From Macrostomum lignano (Eukaryota), in contig NIVC01000950.1 of the NCBI GenBank assembly GCA_002269645.1, positions 1 to 25,562 of the forward strand: a stretch of DNA of 25,562 bases, in the 5' to 3' direction. Of the stretch, positions 10,530-20,624 are shown piece by piece. Position 1 is the first letter of the stretch. Each line of letters begins with the position of its first letter. Position numbers and translations under genes: made by a program. The notes under the pieces are model-generated. The model searched no databases. It had not been told where the DNA came from and saw nothing but the letters and a program-made list of their open reading frames with translations.

Positions 10530-11410
10530 GTTTATAATATATTTGTAATATTTATAATAATATAAATAAACTTATAATATATTATTTATTATGATACATT
10601 TAATTTTAATTTATAATAATATAATAAATATAATTTATTATGTTTTTTAAATTTAGTATAATAAATTTATAATAATTTATCAATAAAATCAAATTGTAGC
10701 TTTAAAAAGCATATGTATTGCCCCCGTGACCACACACAGTTATCATTTTTCCTATACTTAGTGCAAAATAACTTAAGAAGAAAGGACACCACTGACTTGC
10801 CTTGTACATAGCAAGCAAGGCAAGAAAAAAAGCAAAAAAATGACACCAAGAACAGCAAAATTGGTAATACAAAACGAAAGTTCTTGCTGGTCAACCACGA
10901 AAAAAACAAATATTTTGGAAAAAATGATCACAGCCCATAATGCAAATATCCCATAAGAGAATCCGCAAAAAATGGTCACTAAAATGGCCACAACTTTCTT
11001 ATTCCTTTACCAAATCTAATAATATAATACTTTTTGCAAACAAGAAAGTAAGATCTATCAGATAAGCATAAAAAATCTGTCAGACTTTTAACTTTCAAAA
11101 TCTCACTGGAGTCCCTATCTAAGATAACCATGATATCCTAGTACACATTTGATTCTTCAAATTTCTTTCAAAATATATTTTTTATTTTAGGACAAAATAC
11201 TACACTACAGTGACCAGACAATTCCATAGTCTTGTAATGAACATGGACTCACTAACTAACTAGACAGGACATGTCCAGATAGCATAATCACTGCCTAGTA
11301 AATTGGTAAAATAAACAACATGTTAGGCCTATATGATAGTGAATATGTATACTACTAGTAACCTATAATAGAAAAAAATTGTGTCTTTGAGTATATAAAA
11401 ATTGGCTAGT

Positions 11411-11588
11411 CAGTGGCGTAGCCAGGATTTTCTTCTGGGGGGGGGGTCACAGTCAGTCACAGGCTCACAGCAGCAACTGGGGGCAGGGGTGCTAGGCCTC
11501 TGCGATGGGGGAGGGGGCCTGAAAATTTGGCCTGGATTAGGCCCTAGCCGGCTGGGGGTCATGGGGGGGGCCCTTGGCTACGCCCCTG
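11411..11588. mobile_element. 178-bp MITE with CAG...CTG termini (hAT-like)
   Basis: TIR CAGTGGCGTAGCCA / TGGCTACGCCCCTG (13/14), GC-rich interior. No convincing TSD. Confidence 0.7.
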
Positions 11589-11721
11589 AAAATAGTCCCA
11601 CCAATATTCGCTTGGACAAAGCTAATACAATTATAACATAACAACTAGGCATAGGGGTTGCATAGAGACTGCAACTTCTAGATAAAATTTCCAATTTATG
11701 TAGTACATATTAATAATATGC

Positions 11722-11925
11722 CAGTGGTGCAACCAGGGGGGACCCTAGGGGCCCTTCCCCTCCTTAGGCAGAAACCAGAAAAAAATCAAGGGGGTTGCAG
11801 GCGAATTTTCACCAAATTACAGAGCCGAGCCACCCTCTCCGGTCTCTGCCTTCCGCCTTTGGGTCTTTACTCTTTACCCTCCAGAATCCGCCCCCCTCCA
11901 AAAAAAATTTATGGTGGCGCTACTT
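11722..11925. mobile_element. Diverged ~204-bp MITE related to the 11411 element
   Basis: CAGTGGTGCAACCA vs the reverse complement of the end, AAGTAGCGCCACCA (10/14). G-run near the start, C-run near the end. Confidence 0.5.
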
Positions 11926-13073
11926 TAAATAAAAAAGCAAATAAAAATACATATTTTGATCATAATTATCTAATGAGTTGAGTTGGTCCAATAAAAATAA
12001 AAGTATGCGCATCAGGTTACGGTATAATAATACGTCCTATTGTAAATTAAATTGCAAAGAAGAAGCGAAAAATAGCGTCAAAAAAACATTTAAAGCTTCT
12101 AGTCAGTAACTAAAAAAATATTTTAGGTCTTCACTGTTAGCCATCTACAGTAAATCTACTTTTATTTTTTAAATGCTCTAATATTTGATGAAAAGGTTAA
12201 AACTTTGCAGGTTCGGGTCGTTCATTTTTAACTGTCATAATTTCACCACATCACCTGGGGGTACATTAATTTTTTTGCTCATTCAAAAACGAACCTATTG
12301 AGTTTCTGTAATTCACTGTAAGCCAAGCCATGGACAGTATATTGTAATATAGCATAATCGAAGACCAAAGTTTTATTGGTTTCATTTAAGTTTTAATGAG
12401 AATAATTCATAGTAAAATATAGCCTAGGCCTACTGTACCTGTTTATTGGGCCTTAGATTCTTAGAATCATTTTTCACTTAATTTGTATTTAATGACTATT
12501 TTTTTAAATCAAGTCCAATTTTAGTGGTGGTAAGTTGCTTGGTTCAACTTGAATTCAAAATAATTTTGAGCAAGTTAAGCCACTTTTGTAGGCTAACATT
12601 TTAGTCTATTTGCTCTTCTAGTTCTAGATCTAGATAAAAATAGAAAATAATTATCTATGGCTAGGCCTACCGCCTACTTGCTACCATACTATGTCCATAC
12701 ACTTCAGCAACAAGACATTTTAAAAATGGACATTTTAACAAAAAAATTTGGACAAATGATTTTTTGTCAACAATAGACCTTATGGCTTATTCTCACACAC
12801 ATTGGCAATAAAAGAGAAAGAAATTTCAACAAAAAGCCTTCAATATGAATATAATAATTAATAAATAGCTATAGACATAGGCCTAAGTCTTAATTTGACA
12901 ATTGATTTTGATTGATATTAGGGCCTAATTAGTAGCAAGTAGGCCTATATTTGTTTTTCATTTACTTAAAACTTGAAAGTAAGACATACTACAGGCCTAG
13001 GCCTAGTCTATAAATATAAAATACTAAAATAAAATGAAACAGGCCTAATCATTCTATTTAAGTAAGTTTAGTT

Positions 13074-14195
13074 GGCAATTTCCTAGTTTACTGCGTCAAA
13101 CTATTTTTGGGTAGAAAATGAAAAGTTACATATTTCAATAGTTGGCAGTAATTTGAGAGCAGTCCAAAGTGTCAATAATAATGCACAACCTAATATAGGA
13201 AGTTCCAAATTCTTTCTTCAAGAAGAGGTGGCGCCATAGGTACTCATTGAAGTCTAGGTGGATCTTAAACAGGGCGTCGCTGGTGCGTGCATTGCCCTGA
13301 ATTTGGCCTTGACGTGTGCCCATGACCCCTTAATGGTGTTTGTATGAATAGTTGGGTTGTGGGAGTCCACAAAGTGGAGTCAGTGATTGAGAGCCACATG
13401 ATTCTGCAAGCTGTTGTAAGCCTGCTATCCATCAGTCAGTATCTTTATGCCAGGAAATATATGCTACTAGATAATGGGCAGAAGTGTTTGAGCAGTGCAG
13501 TTTGGAACAAGCATCATCATGGCTTTGTTGGTGCCATATTCCACCATTCTGAGAACCCAATGACCTTCATGATAACCTTGCTGGTATTTGCGGCAGAAAA
13601 ACTTTTATTTATCTACCTCTACCTTATTAACAGGGCCACCAAGTTCCATGGGATGGTTGAACAAGTATTGGCAGCATATGTTGCAACAGAAATTGGCCTA
13701 GTCCATGGCAGTCTAGCGGGCAATGTGACATTAGCATTCAATCTAATACATAGGTAGGCTGCATACACAAAGGTAGATGAAATCTAGCAGCTAGGTGACA
13801 ATAAGATGGCTGCCCTTAAAGAAGCTACCCTTTGTAATCGCTTCCTATGTCTTGTAGATAGGGCATGACCAGGCATAGCCATTGATAAACTAGAGTCTAT
13901 CTTGCCGTTATAGTTGCATGGCCAGAGCATCTAGGCATTGTTTGCAAGCCTAGGAGTTAAGAAGCAGCTCGTAAGTGGCCAGCCAGTACATAGTTGCCAT
14001 GCCATCCAATATGAGCAGCACCAGCTCATGCAGTATTAAATCAATGTTGCAAAGCTCAGCTGCAGGCCTCAAATTGGCCTCAGGTACAATTGTAATTAAT
14101 GCTATAGGCCTCCTGGCCATATGGGCAGTTAGTAGGTAGGCTGAAAAGTTTTGAAAGTGGGCAAATAATTTAATGCAGTAAACTAGAAGATTATG
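13074..14195 (-). mobile_element. Complete but decayed Merlin (IS1595/ISXO2-like) DNA transposon, 1122 bp
   Basis: 33-bp TIRs at 13074-13106 and 14163-14195 (25/33; 7 of 8 mismatches are transitions). 8-bp TSD GTTTAGTT (13066-13073) / GTTTAGTC (14196-14203). Contains an ISXO2-type transposase remnant. Confidence 0.88.
13135..14120 (-). pseudogene. Merlin/ISXO2-like transposase pseudogene
   Basis: Hand translation from ATG 14120 gives ...ACKQC...GYAWSCP...KGSFFKGSHL...MD*ANFC...ELGGPVNKVEVDK*KF...GHWVLRMVE...TLLPII**HIFPGIKILTDG*QAYN...NH*LHFVD...IHTNTIKGSWAHVK...EYLWR. These are the Zn-ribbon and DDE motifs of the family. There are 14 in-frame stops and one 1-nt frameshift near 13287. Confidence 0.9.
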
Positions 14196-14424
14196 GTTTA
14201 GTCATTATTATAATTATAAAAATATTGAATTATGATAATTATTTTAAAAAGCATTGAGCAAATTGCAGAAGTCTAGTAGTTGCAAAGCTGTTTTGTTTCC
14301 TTGATAGTATTACTTCCATAGCTTCTAGAGTTTGCCTTGTCTTTGAAGCTAATATATTTGCTGACATTGCTAAATTGCTCTATGTATTATATTAGGAGTC
14401 TCACATTATATATGCGCAACCTTT

Positions 14425-14553
14425 GGAATCACCTAGCCATTTCTATTAGCAACGTATATATGTAAGTTGCTATTGGCTAAGAGCAGTCATGTGACTGCTA
14501 TTTGAACCAAGTGACTTATATGTGTTGCCAATAGAAATGGCCAGGTGAATTCC
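14425..14553. repeat. ~130-bp foldback (hairpin) element
   Basis: Arm TCACCTAGCCATTTCTATTAGCAAC (14429-14453) vs the reverse complement of 14524-14548, TCACCTGGCCATTTCTATTGGCAAC (23/25). Central near-palindrome AGCAGTCA-TG-TGACTGCT (14482-14499). Confidence 0.8.
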
Positions 14554-15311
14554 TAGGTTACATTAGCATCTCACATTGATATATTGATAGTCATTAGGCA
14601 ACTTTCTAAAAAAATGATATATACCAAGAGATAGAACTAGAATCTAGTATATTATGCTTGCTGATTAATTAATTTGCTAGTGCTGGCTTTAATAGTTATT
14701 TTATATATATGGCATGCCTATAGGCACTAAGCTCATTGACAATTGTCAATCTATATTAAACTTGATAACCAGATATTCTAGTGATTAATTGGATATAAAT
14801 AGATATGAAATTGTAATCTAGCTTATTTAATATTTTTACTGATTGTTACTACATTATTTATATATATATATTATATACTTGACAGAAACTAGATCCATAG
14901 TCATCTAGTAAGTATATATATTAAAATAAACACAATTCCTATAGCAATAGCTCATTATAATTAGTGATAGAGGATCTCAATAGTTGAAAAACATTGTGAA
15001 TTTTCTCACTAGGCCTAGGTAGGCTTAAAATGGCAATGCCATTAGCTTATAACAAAAATGCTAAGTTCTTTTATCATTTTTGTACAATTCCTAAAAGCCT
15101 TATAATTGATTTTTTGCCAAATTTCTTGTATAAAGTGAAATATGCAGCCATGGATGATTGCATCTGGAAAAAAACAGCCTTGATTGATAGCTTGCTAGAT
15201 TATTGTTTGAAAAGTTTTTTAACATTTTAAGAATTGAGCCCCATTTAACTAGAGCAATATTTAGAATAGACTCTTGCCTAATTGCCATTATATATATATA
15301 TATTATAAGCT

Positions 15312-15660
15312 TCATATATACTAAAAATGAAATGTCTGTAACTATCTAGCTATGCGATAGATTTCAGAAAAAGTGGCTCAACCGATTTTCTTCAAACTTG
15401 CACCATTTGATCAGAAATTTTCCTGGGACGGTACATGCATCTTGGCTAAGAAATTGCTCAATTTTAAAGGGATTAAATATTCGAAAAACATGCTTTTTTG
15501 CAAAGGTCAAGCAGCTCTTTCGACCTGAAATGAATTGTAAAAATGCGAAAGAAAAAACTGACTGACTGAATTTCAATTGTGATAAAGATTGCATCACAAC
15601 AAGATGAAAACAGTGTCGAAAAAATGCACACAAGACTTGATTGTAATTGCGTAACCATAT
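15312..15660 (+). mobile_element. Possible 5' fragment of a second Helitron-like family
   Basis: TCATATATACTAAAAATGAAATGTCTG...CTATGCG...GGCTCAACCGATTTTCTTCAAACTT resembles the Helitron 5' architecture at 17367. No 3' end was found. Confidence 0.35.
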
Positions 15661-15786
15661 TGCTAACTTGAATTGAGACTGATACTGGCTGACTGAGAAA
15701 TTGATTATGTCATAACTTTTTACTCTAACTGACTTGCTATAAGAATTGAATTATAAGGGCCACAATACATGTTCTCCAATTGAAAA

Positions 15787-15867
15787 GAGATAGCCAAGAT
15801 GGGAACAGACTGGACTGCTAATGTAGCGACCTGGGTTCGAATCTTAGTAGTGCAAAAACATTTTTTT
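15787..15867 (+). pseudogene. tRNA-derived sequence (tRNA-Ser(GCT)-like pseudogene or SINE head)
   Basis: A-box-like TAGCCAAGATGG (15791-15802), anticodon loop GGACT-GCT-AAT (GCT at 15817-15819), B-box GGTTCGAATC (15834-15843), T7 run at 15861-15867. The stems are degenerate, so it is not called a functional tRNA. Confidence 0.5.
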
Positions 15868-15890
15868 ATTAAAACACTTTAAAACACAAA

Positions 15891-17366
15891 ATGCTAAACA
15901 TAAAAGAAGCGCAATGTCAAATATAAAAGAGCCACCATGCCAAACAAAAAAAGTGCCACCATGTAGAACACAGAAGAGACACCATGTCAAACATAAAAGA
16001 GCCACCATTTCAAACATAAAAGAGCCACCATGTGAAACATATACGTGACTCAATGTCAAACATTAAAGAGCCACCATGTCAAACATTAAAGAGCCACCAT
16101 GTCGAACATAACAGAGACAACATTTCAAACATAAAAGAGCCATCATGTCAAACATAAAAGAGCCACCATGTCGAACATTAAAGAGCCACTATGTCAAACA
16201 TAACAGAGACAACATTTCAAACATAAAAGAGCCATCATGTCAAACATTAAAGAGCCACCATGTCGAACATTAAAGAGCCACCATGTTGAACATTGAAGAG
16301 CCACCATGTCAAACATTAAAGAGCCACCAAGTAAAATATAAAAGAGCTACCATGTCAAACATAAAAGAGCCACCATGTCGAACATAACAGAGACAACATT
16401 TCAAACATTTAAGAGCCACCATGTCAAACATAAAAGAGCCACCATGTCGAGCATAAAAGAGCCACCATGTCAAACATAAAAGAGCCACCATGTCAAACAT
16501 TAAAGAGCCACCATGTCAAACATTCAAGAGAAACCATGTCGAACATAACAGAGACAACATTTCAAACATTTAAGAGCCACCATGTCAAACATAAAAGAGC
16601 CACCATGTCGAGCATAAAATAGCCACCATGTTGAACATTAAAGAGCCACCATGTCAAACATTAAAGAGCCACCATGTCGAGCATAAAAGAGCCACCATGT
16701 CGAACATAAAAGAGCCACCATGTCAAACATTAAAGAGCCACCATGTCAAACATTCAAGAGACACCATGTCGAACATAACAGAGACAACATTTCAAACATT
16801 TAAGAGCCACCATGTCAAACATAAAAGATCTACCATGTCAAACATAAAAGAGCCATCATGTCAAACATAAAAGAGCCACCATGTCGAACATTAAAGAGCC
16901 ACCATGTTCAACATTAAGGAGCCACCATGTCAAACATAAAAGAGCCACCATGTCAAACATTAAAGAGCCACCATGTCAAACATTAAAGAGCCACCATGTC
17001 AAACATTCAAGATCAGCCATGTCGAACATAAAAGAGCCACCATGTAAAATATAAAAGAGCTACCATGTCAAACATAAAAGAGCCATCATGTCAAACATAA
17101 AAGAGCCATCATGTGAAACATATACGTGACTCAATGTCAAACATTAAAGAGCCACCATGTCAAACATATACGTGACTCCATGTCAAACATTAAAGAGCCA
17201 CCATGTCAAACATATATGACTCCATGTCAAACATATATGACTCCATGTCAAACATATATGACTCCATGTCAAACATTAAAAATAAAAAAGACACCATGTC
17301 ACACATAAGGGAGCCACCATATCAAACATAAAAGAGCTACCATGTCAAAACATTATTGAGCCATTA
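15891..17366 (+). repeat. 23-bp satellite ATGTCAAACATAAAAGAGCCACC, left part
   Basis: About 60 tandem units. A variant ATAACAGAGACAACATTTCAAAC recurs, and 21-bp units CATGTCAAACATATATGACTC occur near 17200-17270. Confidence 0.97.
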
Positions 17367-20218
17367 TCTCTACCTATAAAAATCAAAACTCTGTCTGTCT
17401 GTGGACAAATTACTTCGCTATGGACTCCCAAACCGCTCAACCAAATTACACCAAACTTTACACCCACCCTAAACTTACTACGGAGAATGTCTTAGGCTAC
17501 CTTTTAATTTCCTAAATTTGAGTCTTCCTACCTAAAAGTACAAAAAACTGCTCAAAATGCGCGATTTTTTCACTTAATCCTCCATAGCGCCGCTCCACTT
17601 CTACCGATTCTCTTCAAATTTGACACAGATAATCTTTAACTATTTTGGCACAATTGTGTAAAATTTCGAGTCTCAAAGTTAATCCTGAGCGGTGCTGTGC
17701 ACTTTTAAAGTTAGGCTGTTTTTTTCAGCGTAGCAACCACCCCAACCTCCGCCCGCCTGCCTCTCTTTCCCGATCCTGATCTGGGCCCAGATGTGTATAA
17801 GGGTTTCAAAATTGACTAACTTTCAGCTGCCATAAGTTTGCTCCACGTAAAGCGATTGACTTCAAACTTGACACAATTCTTCATTGACTCATTCTCTATC
17901 TAAATGTAAAGTTTCAACTCTGTAACTCAACCGAAAAAGAAACTGTAAGCATGTGAAGTTTGTCTGCTTTTTCTGTTGTTTGTGCCACTCACTCACTCAT
18001 TCCCCCAGAGCCAGACGAAGGGTCAGGCGATAGGACTGAATGTACATAGCAAATGTACAGTGTTTTGGAATAACTTTTTAATAGCCGTCTCTGTACCCCC
18101 GCGAGTGGAGAGGCGTGGAGAGGAGAAAGTTTAGCGAGAGATTCAAACTACTGTCCTCTGTATAGACAAGTCGCAGCAGTTAAACAAGGATGGCAAATCA
18201 AGGCGATGTGGGATGGTTTATAAAAATAGCGAAAAATTAATGAATAACTTATTACAATGCAATCCTACTAAATTAGTTACACCATGAAGCTTTTAACATT
18301 AATTTTCGCATAGAGTAACTTTAAAATTTAAATGACTCCTAAGAAATGCGCATTTCCTTGGTTGTTAGACTGCTGCAGAGTGCAGACTGTGGTGGTGGAG
18401 CTGGAGATACACAAATTCCTCTCAGGGCTGCTAATTGGCCAGAAAGGTGACGTGTTTAAAGCATAAGAAATGATAACCATGATAGTACGACGTCCCACAA
18501 ACTGGCTTTCAAAGCAGGGATCGGTAGATTTTTAACTCAAAGGCCAGATAAAGAATCCAGCTCATGGCTGCGGGCCAGATGAGAGTAAAAAAGAAAAGGA
18601 ATAGACTATTAGAAAGAGAGGAAGGGTGAGAGGGGGTAAGAGAAAAGATATAAGATAACAGGAAAGACGAGTGGGGTGAGGACGAGGAGAGAGCAGAGAA
18701 TATGGGAGGAGGAAGCGAGAGGAGGGGAGACAGGAGGGAGAGGAAAGAGTAGAGGTGAGAAGAGGAAGAGAGAAGAGGGGAGAGATGAGACAGAGGATCG
18801 ATGAGAGAGGAGAGTAGAGAAGAGTGAGAAGAGAATAGAGAACAGAGAGGAGATAGGAGGGGAGAGAGAGGGAGAGAGGAGTGAGAAGAGAGGAGATAAG
18901 AGATGAGAGAGAGAGAGAGTTGAGAAAGAAGAGAGGAGAAAGGAGAGATGATAGAGTAAAGGGAAGAAGAGGAGAGAGGAAAGAGATGAGATTGTGGAGA
19001 CGAGAGAGTAGAGATGAGAGATGAAGGAAGAGAGAGCAGAGTGCAAAGAGACAAGAGAAGAGTATAGAAGAGGGAAGAGAAGAGGAGTAAGAAGAGAGGA
19101 TTCAGTAGAGGGGAAAGAGAAGAGTACACATGAGAGTGGAGAGTAAAGATGACAGAAGAGAGAGGGGGTAGAGAGCAAAGATGAGAGTGAACGCGATATA
19201 TGAGAGGAGAGAGGAGAGCGAAGAGAGAAGAGAGAAGACAAGAGAGGGAGAGAATAGAAGAGGGAAGAGAAGAGAAGGGAAAAAGGAGAAGGAAAGAGAG
19301 GAGTCAAAAGAGGGGAAAAAGAAGAGTACAGATGAGAGAGGTGAGAAAACATACGAGTATAAGAGAGTAAAGATGGCAGATGAGAGAGGGGAGATGAGAG
19401 ACCAGAGACGAGAGTGAACAGACGAGAGATGGGAGAGTGGAGAGAAAAAAGGATAGAAATAAGAGATGAGAGGTAAGACAAAGGGAGAGAGAAGTGAGTG
19501 AGGAGAGAGGAGGGGAGGGGAGAGAAACGAGAGGACAGGGGAAAGAGTAGAAAGGACGAGAGAGGAGATGAAACAGGGGAGAGATTAGAGGAGAAAGAGA
19601 TATGGGACAGGAGAGAGCAGAGAGATAAGAGGAGAGAGAGAGGAGAGAGAGAGGGAAAGAGAGAGGAGAGAACATGCAGAAAGAATGAGAAAAGAGAAGA
19701 GAGAAAAGATAAAAGAAGAGAAAGAAGAGATAGATAAGAGAGCAAAGACGAGAGAGAAGAGAGGTGAGGGAAGAGACGATAGAAGAGAGGAGAGAGGAGA
19801 GAGGAAAGAAGAGAAGAGATGAGAGGAGAGAGAGGAGAGAGTAGAGAGGAGGGATAAAAGAATAGAAGGGAGAGAGAATAGACGAGAGAATAGGGGATAG
19901 AGGAGAGAGAGAGAAGAGACAGAGACGAGAGAGAGGAGAGGAAACAGAAGAGAAGGTCAAAGTTTCTAAGGATCCAAGGGACATAAGGAGAGGCAGAGGC
20001 CAGAGTTTGCCTGTTCGGAGCACCCCAGCCAACAATATAAATGTTTGCCTCAAATCCTAATTTTTTACGAATGTACTCTATTTTATGTTTAATTCTTACC
20101 TAACTATTAACGAGTTTTTGTTTGAGTTTGACCTCAGATTTTAGAATATGAGTACATGCAAAATAGTTCCAGGGATTGAAATTCCCCGGGTTCAAAATCC
20201 GCGGGTTTCAACAGCTTG
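17367..20218 (+). mobile_element. Full-length non-autonomous Helitron-like element, copy 2 (2852 bp), inserted in the 23-bp satellite
   Basis: 5' end A|TCTCTACCTATAAAAATC-(TGTC)n. 3' imperfect GC hairpin CCCCGG-gttcaaaat-CCGCGGG (20184-20205) ending ~10 nt before CTTG|T (a CTRG-like end). No TSD. Joining the flanks restores a satellite unit. No RepHel ORF. Confidence 0.82.
18590..19955. repeat. ~1.35-kb polypurine (GA-rich) tract inside Helitron copy 2
   Basis: The sequence is almost all G/A and is the inverted homolog of bases 1-1195. Confidence 0.95.
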
Positions 20219-20580
20219 TGCCCAATATAAAAAGACACAATTTCAAATGTAAAAGGGCCGCCATGTCAAACATAGAAGAGCCACCATGTCAAACATAGAA
20301 GAGCCACCATGTCAAACAACTAAGCCACCATGTCAAACATAACAGAGACACCATTTCAAACGTAAAAGGGCCGCCATGGCAAACATAGAAGAGCCACCAT
20401 GTCAAACATTAAAGAGCTACCATGTCAAACACAAAAGGGCCACCACGTCCAACATTAAAGAGCTATCATGTCAAACACAAAAGAGCTACCATGTCAAACA
20501 TTAAAAAGCCACTTTTTTAAACAAAAAAGAGACACCATTTCAAACATAAAAGAAGTGTCATGCCAAACAAAATGAAACCA
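20219..20580 (+). repeat. 23-bp satellite, right part (continues the 15891 array)
   Basis: The same ATGTCAAACAT...GAGCCACC units resume immediately after the Helitron 3' end. Confidence 0.92.
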
Positions 20581-20624
20581 TTATAAAGCTAAGGAAATTG
20601 TTGCACTAGCTACTTGTTCTCTGG

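Larger units (their letters stand above)
5074..11117 (-). mobile_element. Candidate full-length hAT-like DNA transposon (~6.0 kb) containing the transposase gene
   Basis: Imperfect 16-bp inverted repeats: TAGAGACTCCGGCGAG (5074-5089) vs the reverse complement of 11102-11117, TAGGGACTCCAGTGAG (13/16; all three differences are transitions, two at CpG). The YAGRG start fits hAT termini. No 8-bp TSD was found, so the boundaries are tentative. Confidence 0.4.

Noticed and set aside
13344-13757. 137-aa plus-strand ORF
   Set aside because: It is antisense to the Merlin transposase remnant, which explains the sequence; no independent support.
15844-17308. Short ORFs and a CRISPR-like look of the 23-bp array
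   Set aside because: The units are head-to-tail with no unique spacers and no cas genes; the context is eukaryotic.
18509-20053. Leu/Ser-rich (-) and Glu/Arg-rich (+) ORFs
   Set aside because: Same artefact, from the GA tract inside the Helitron.
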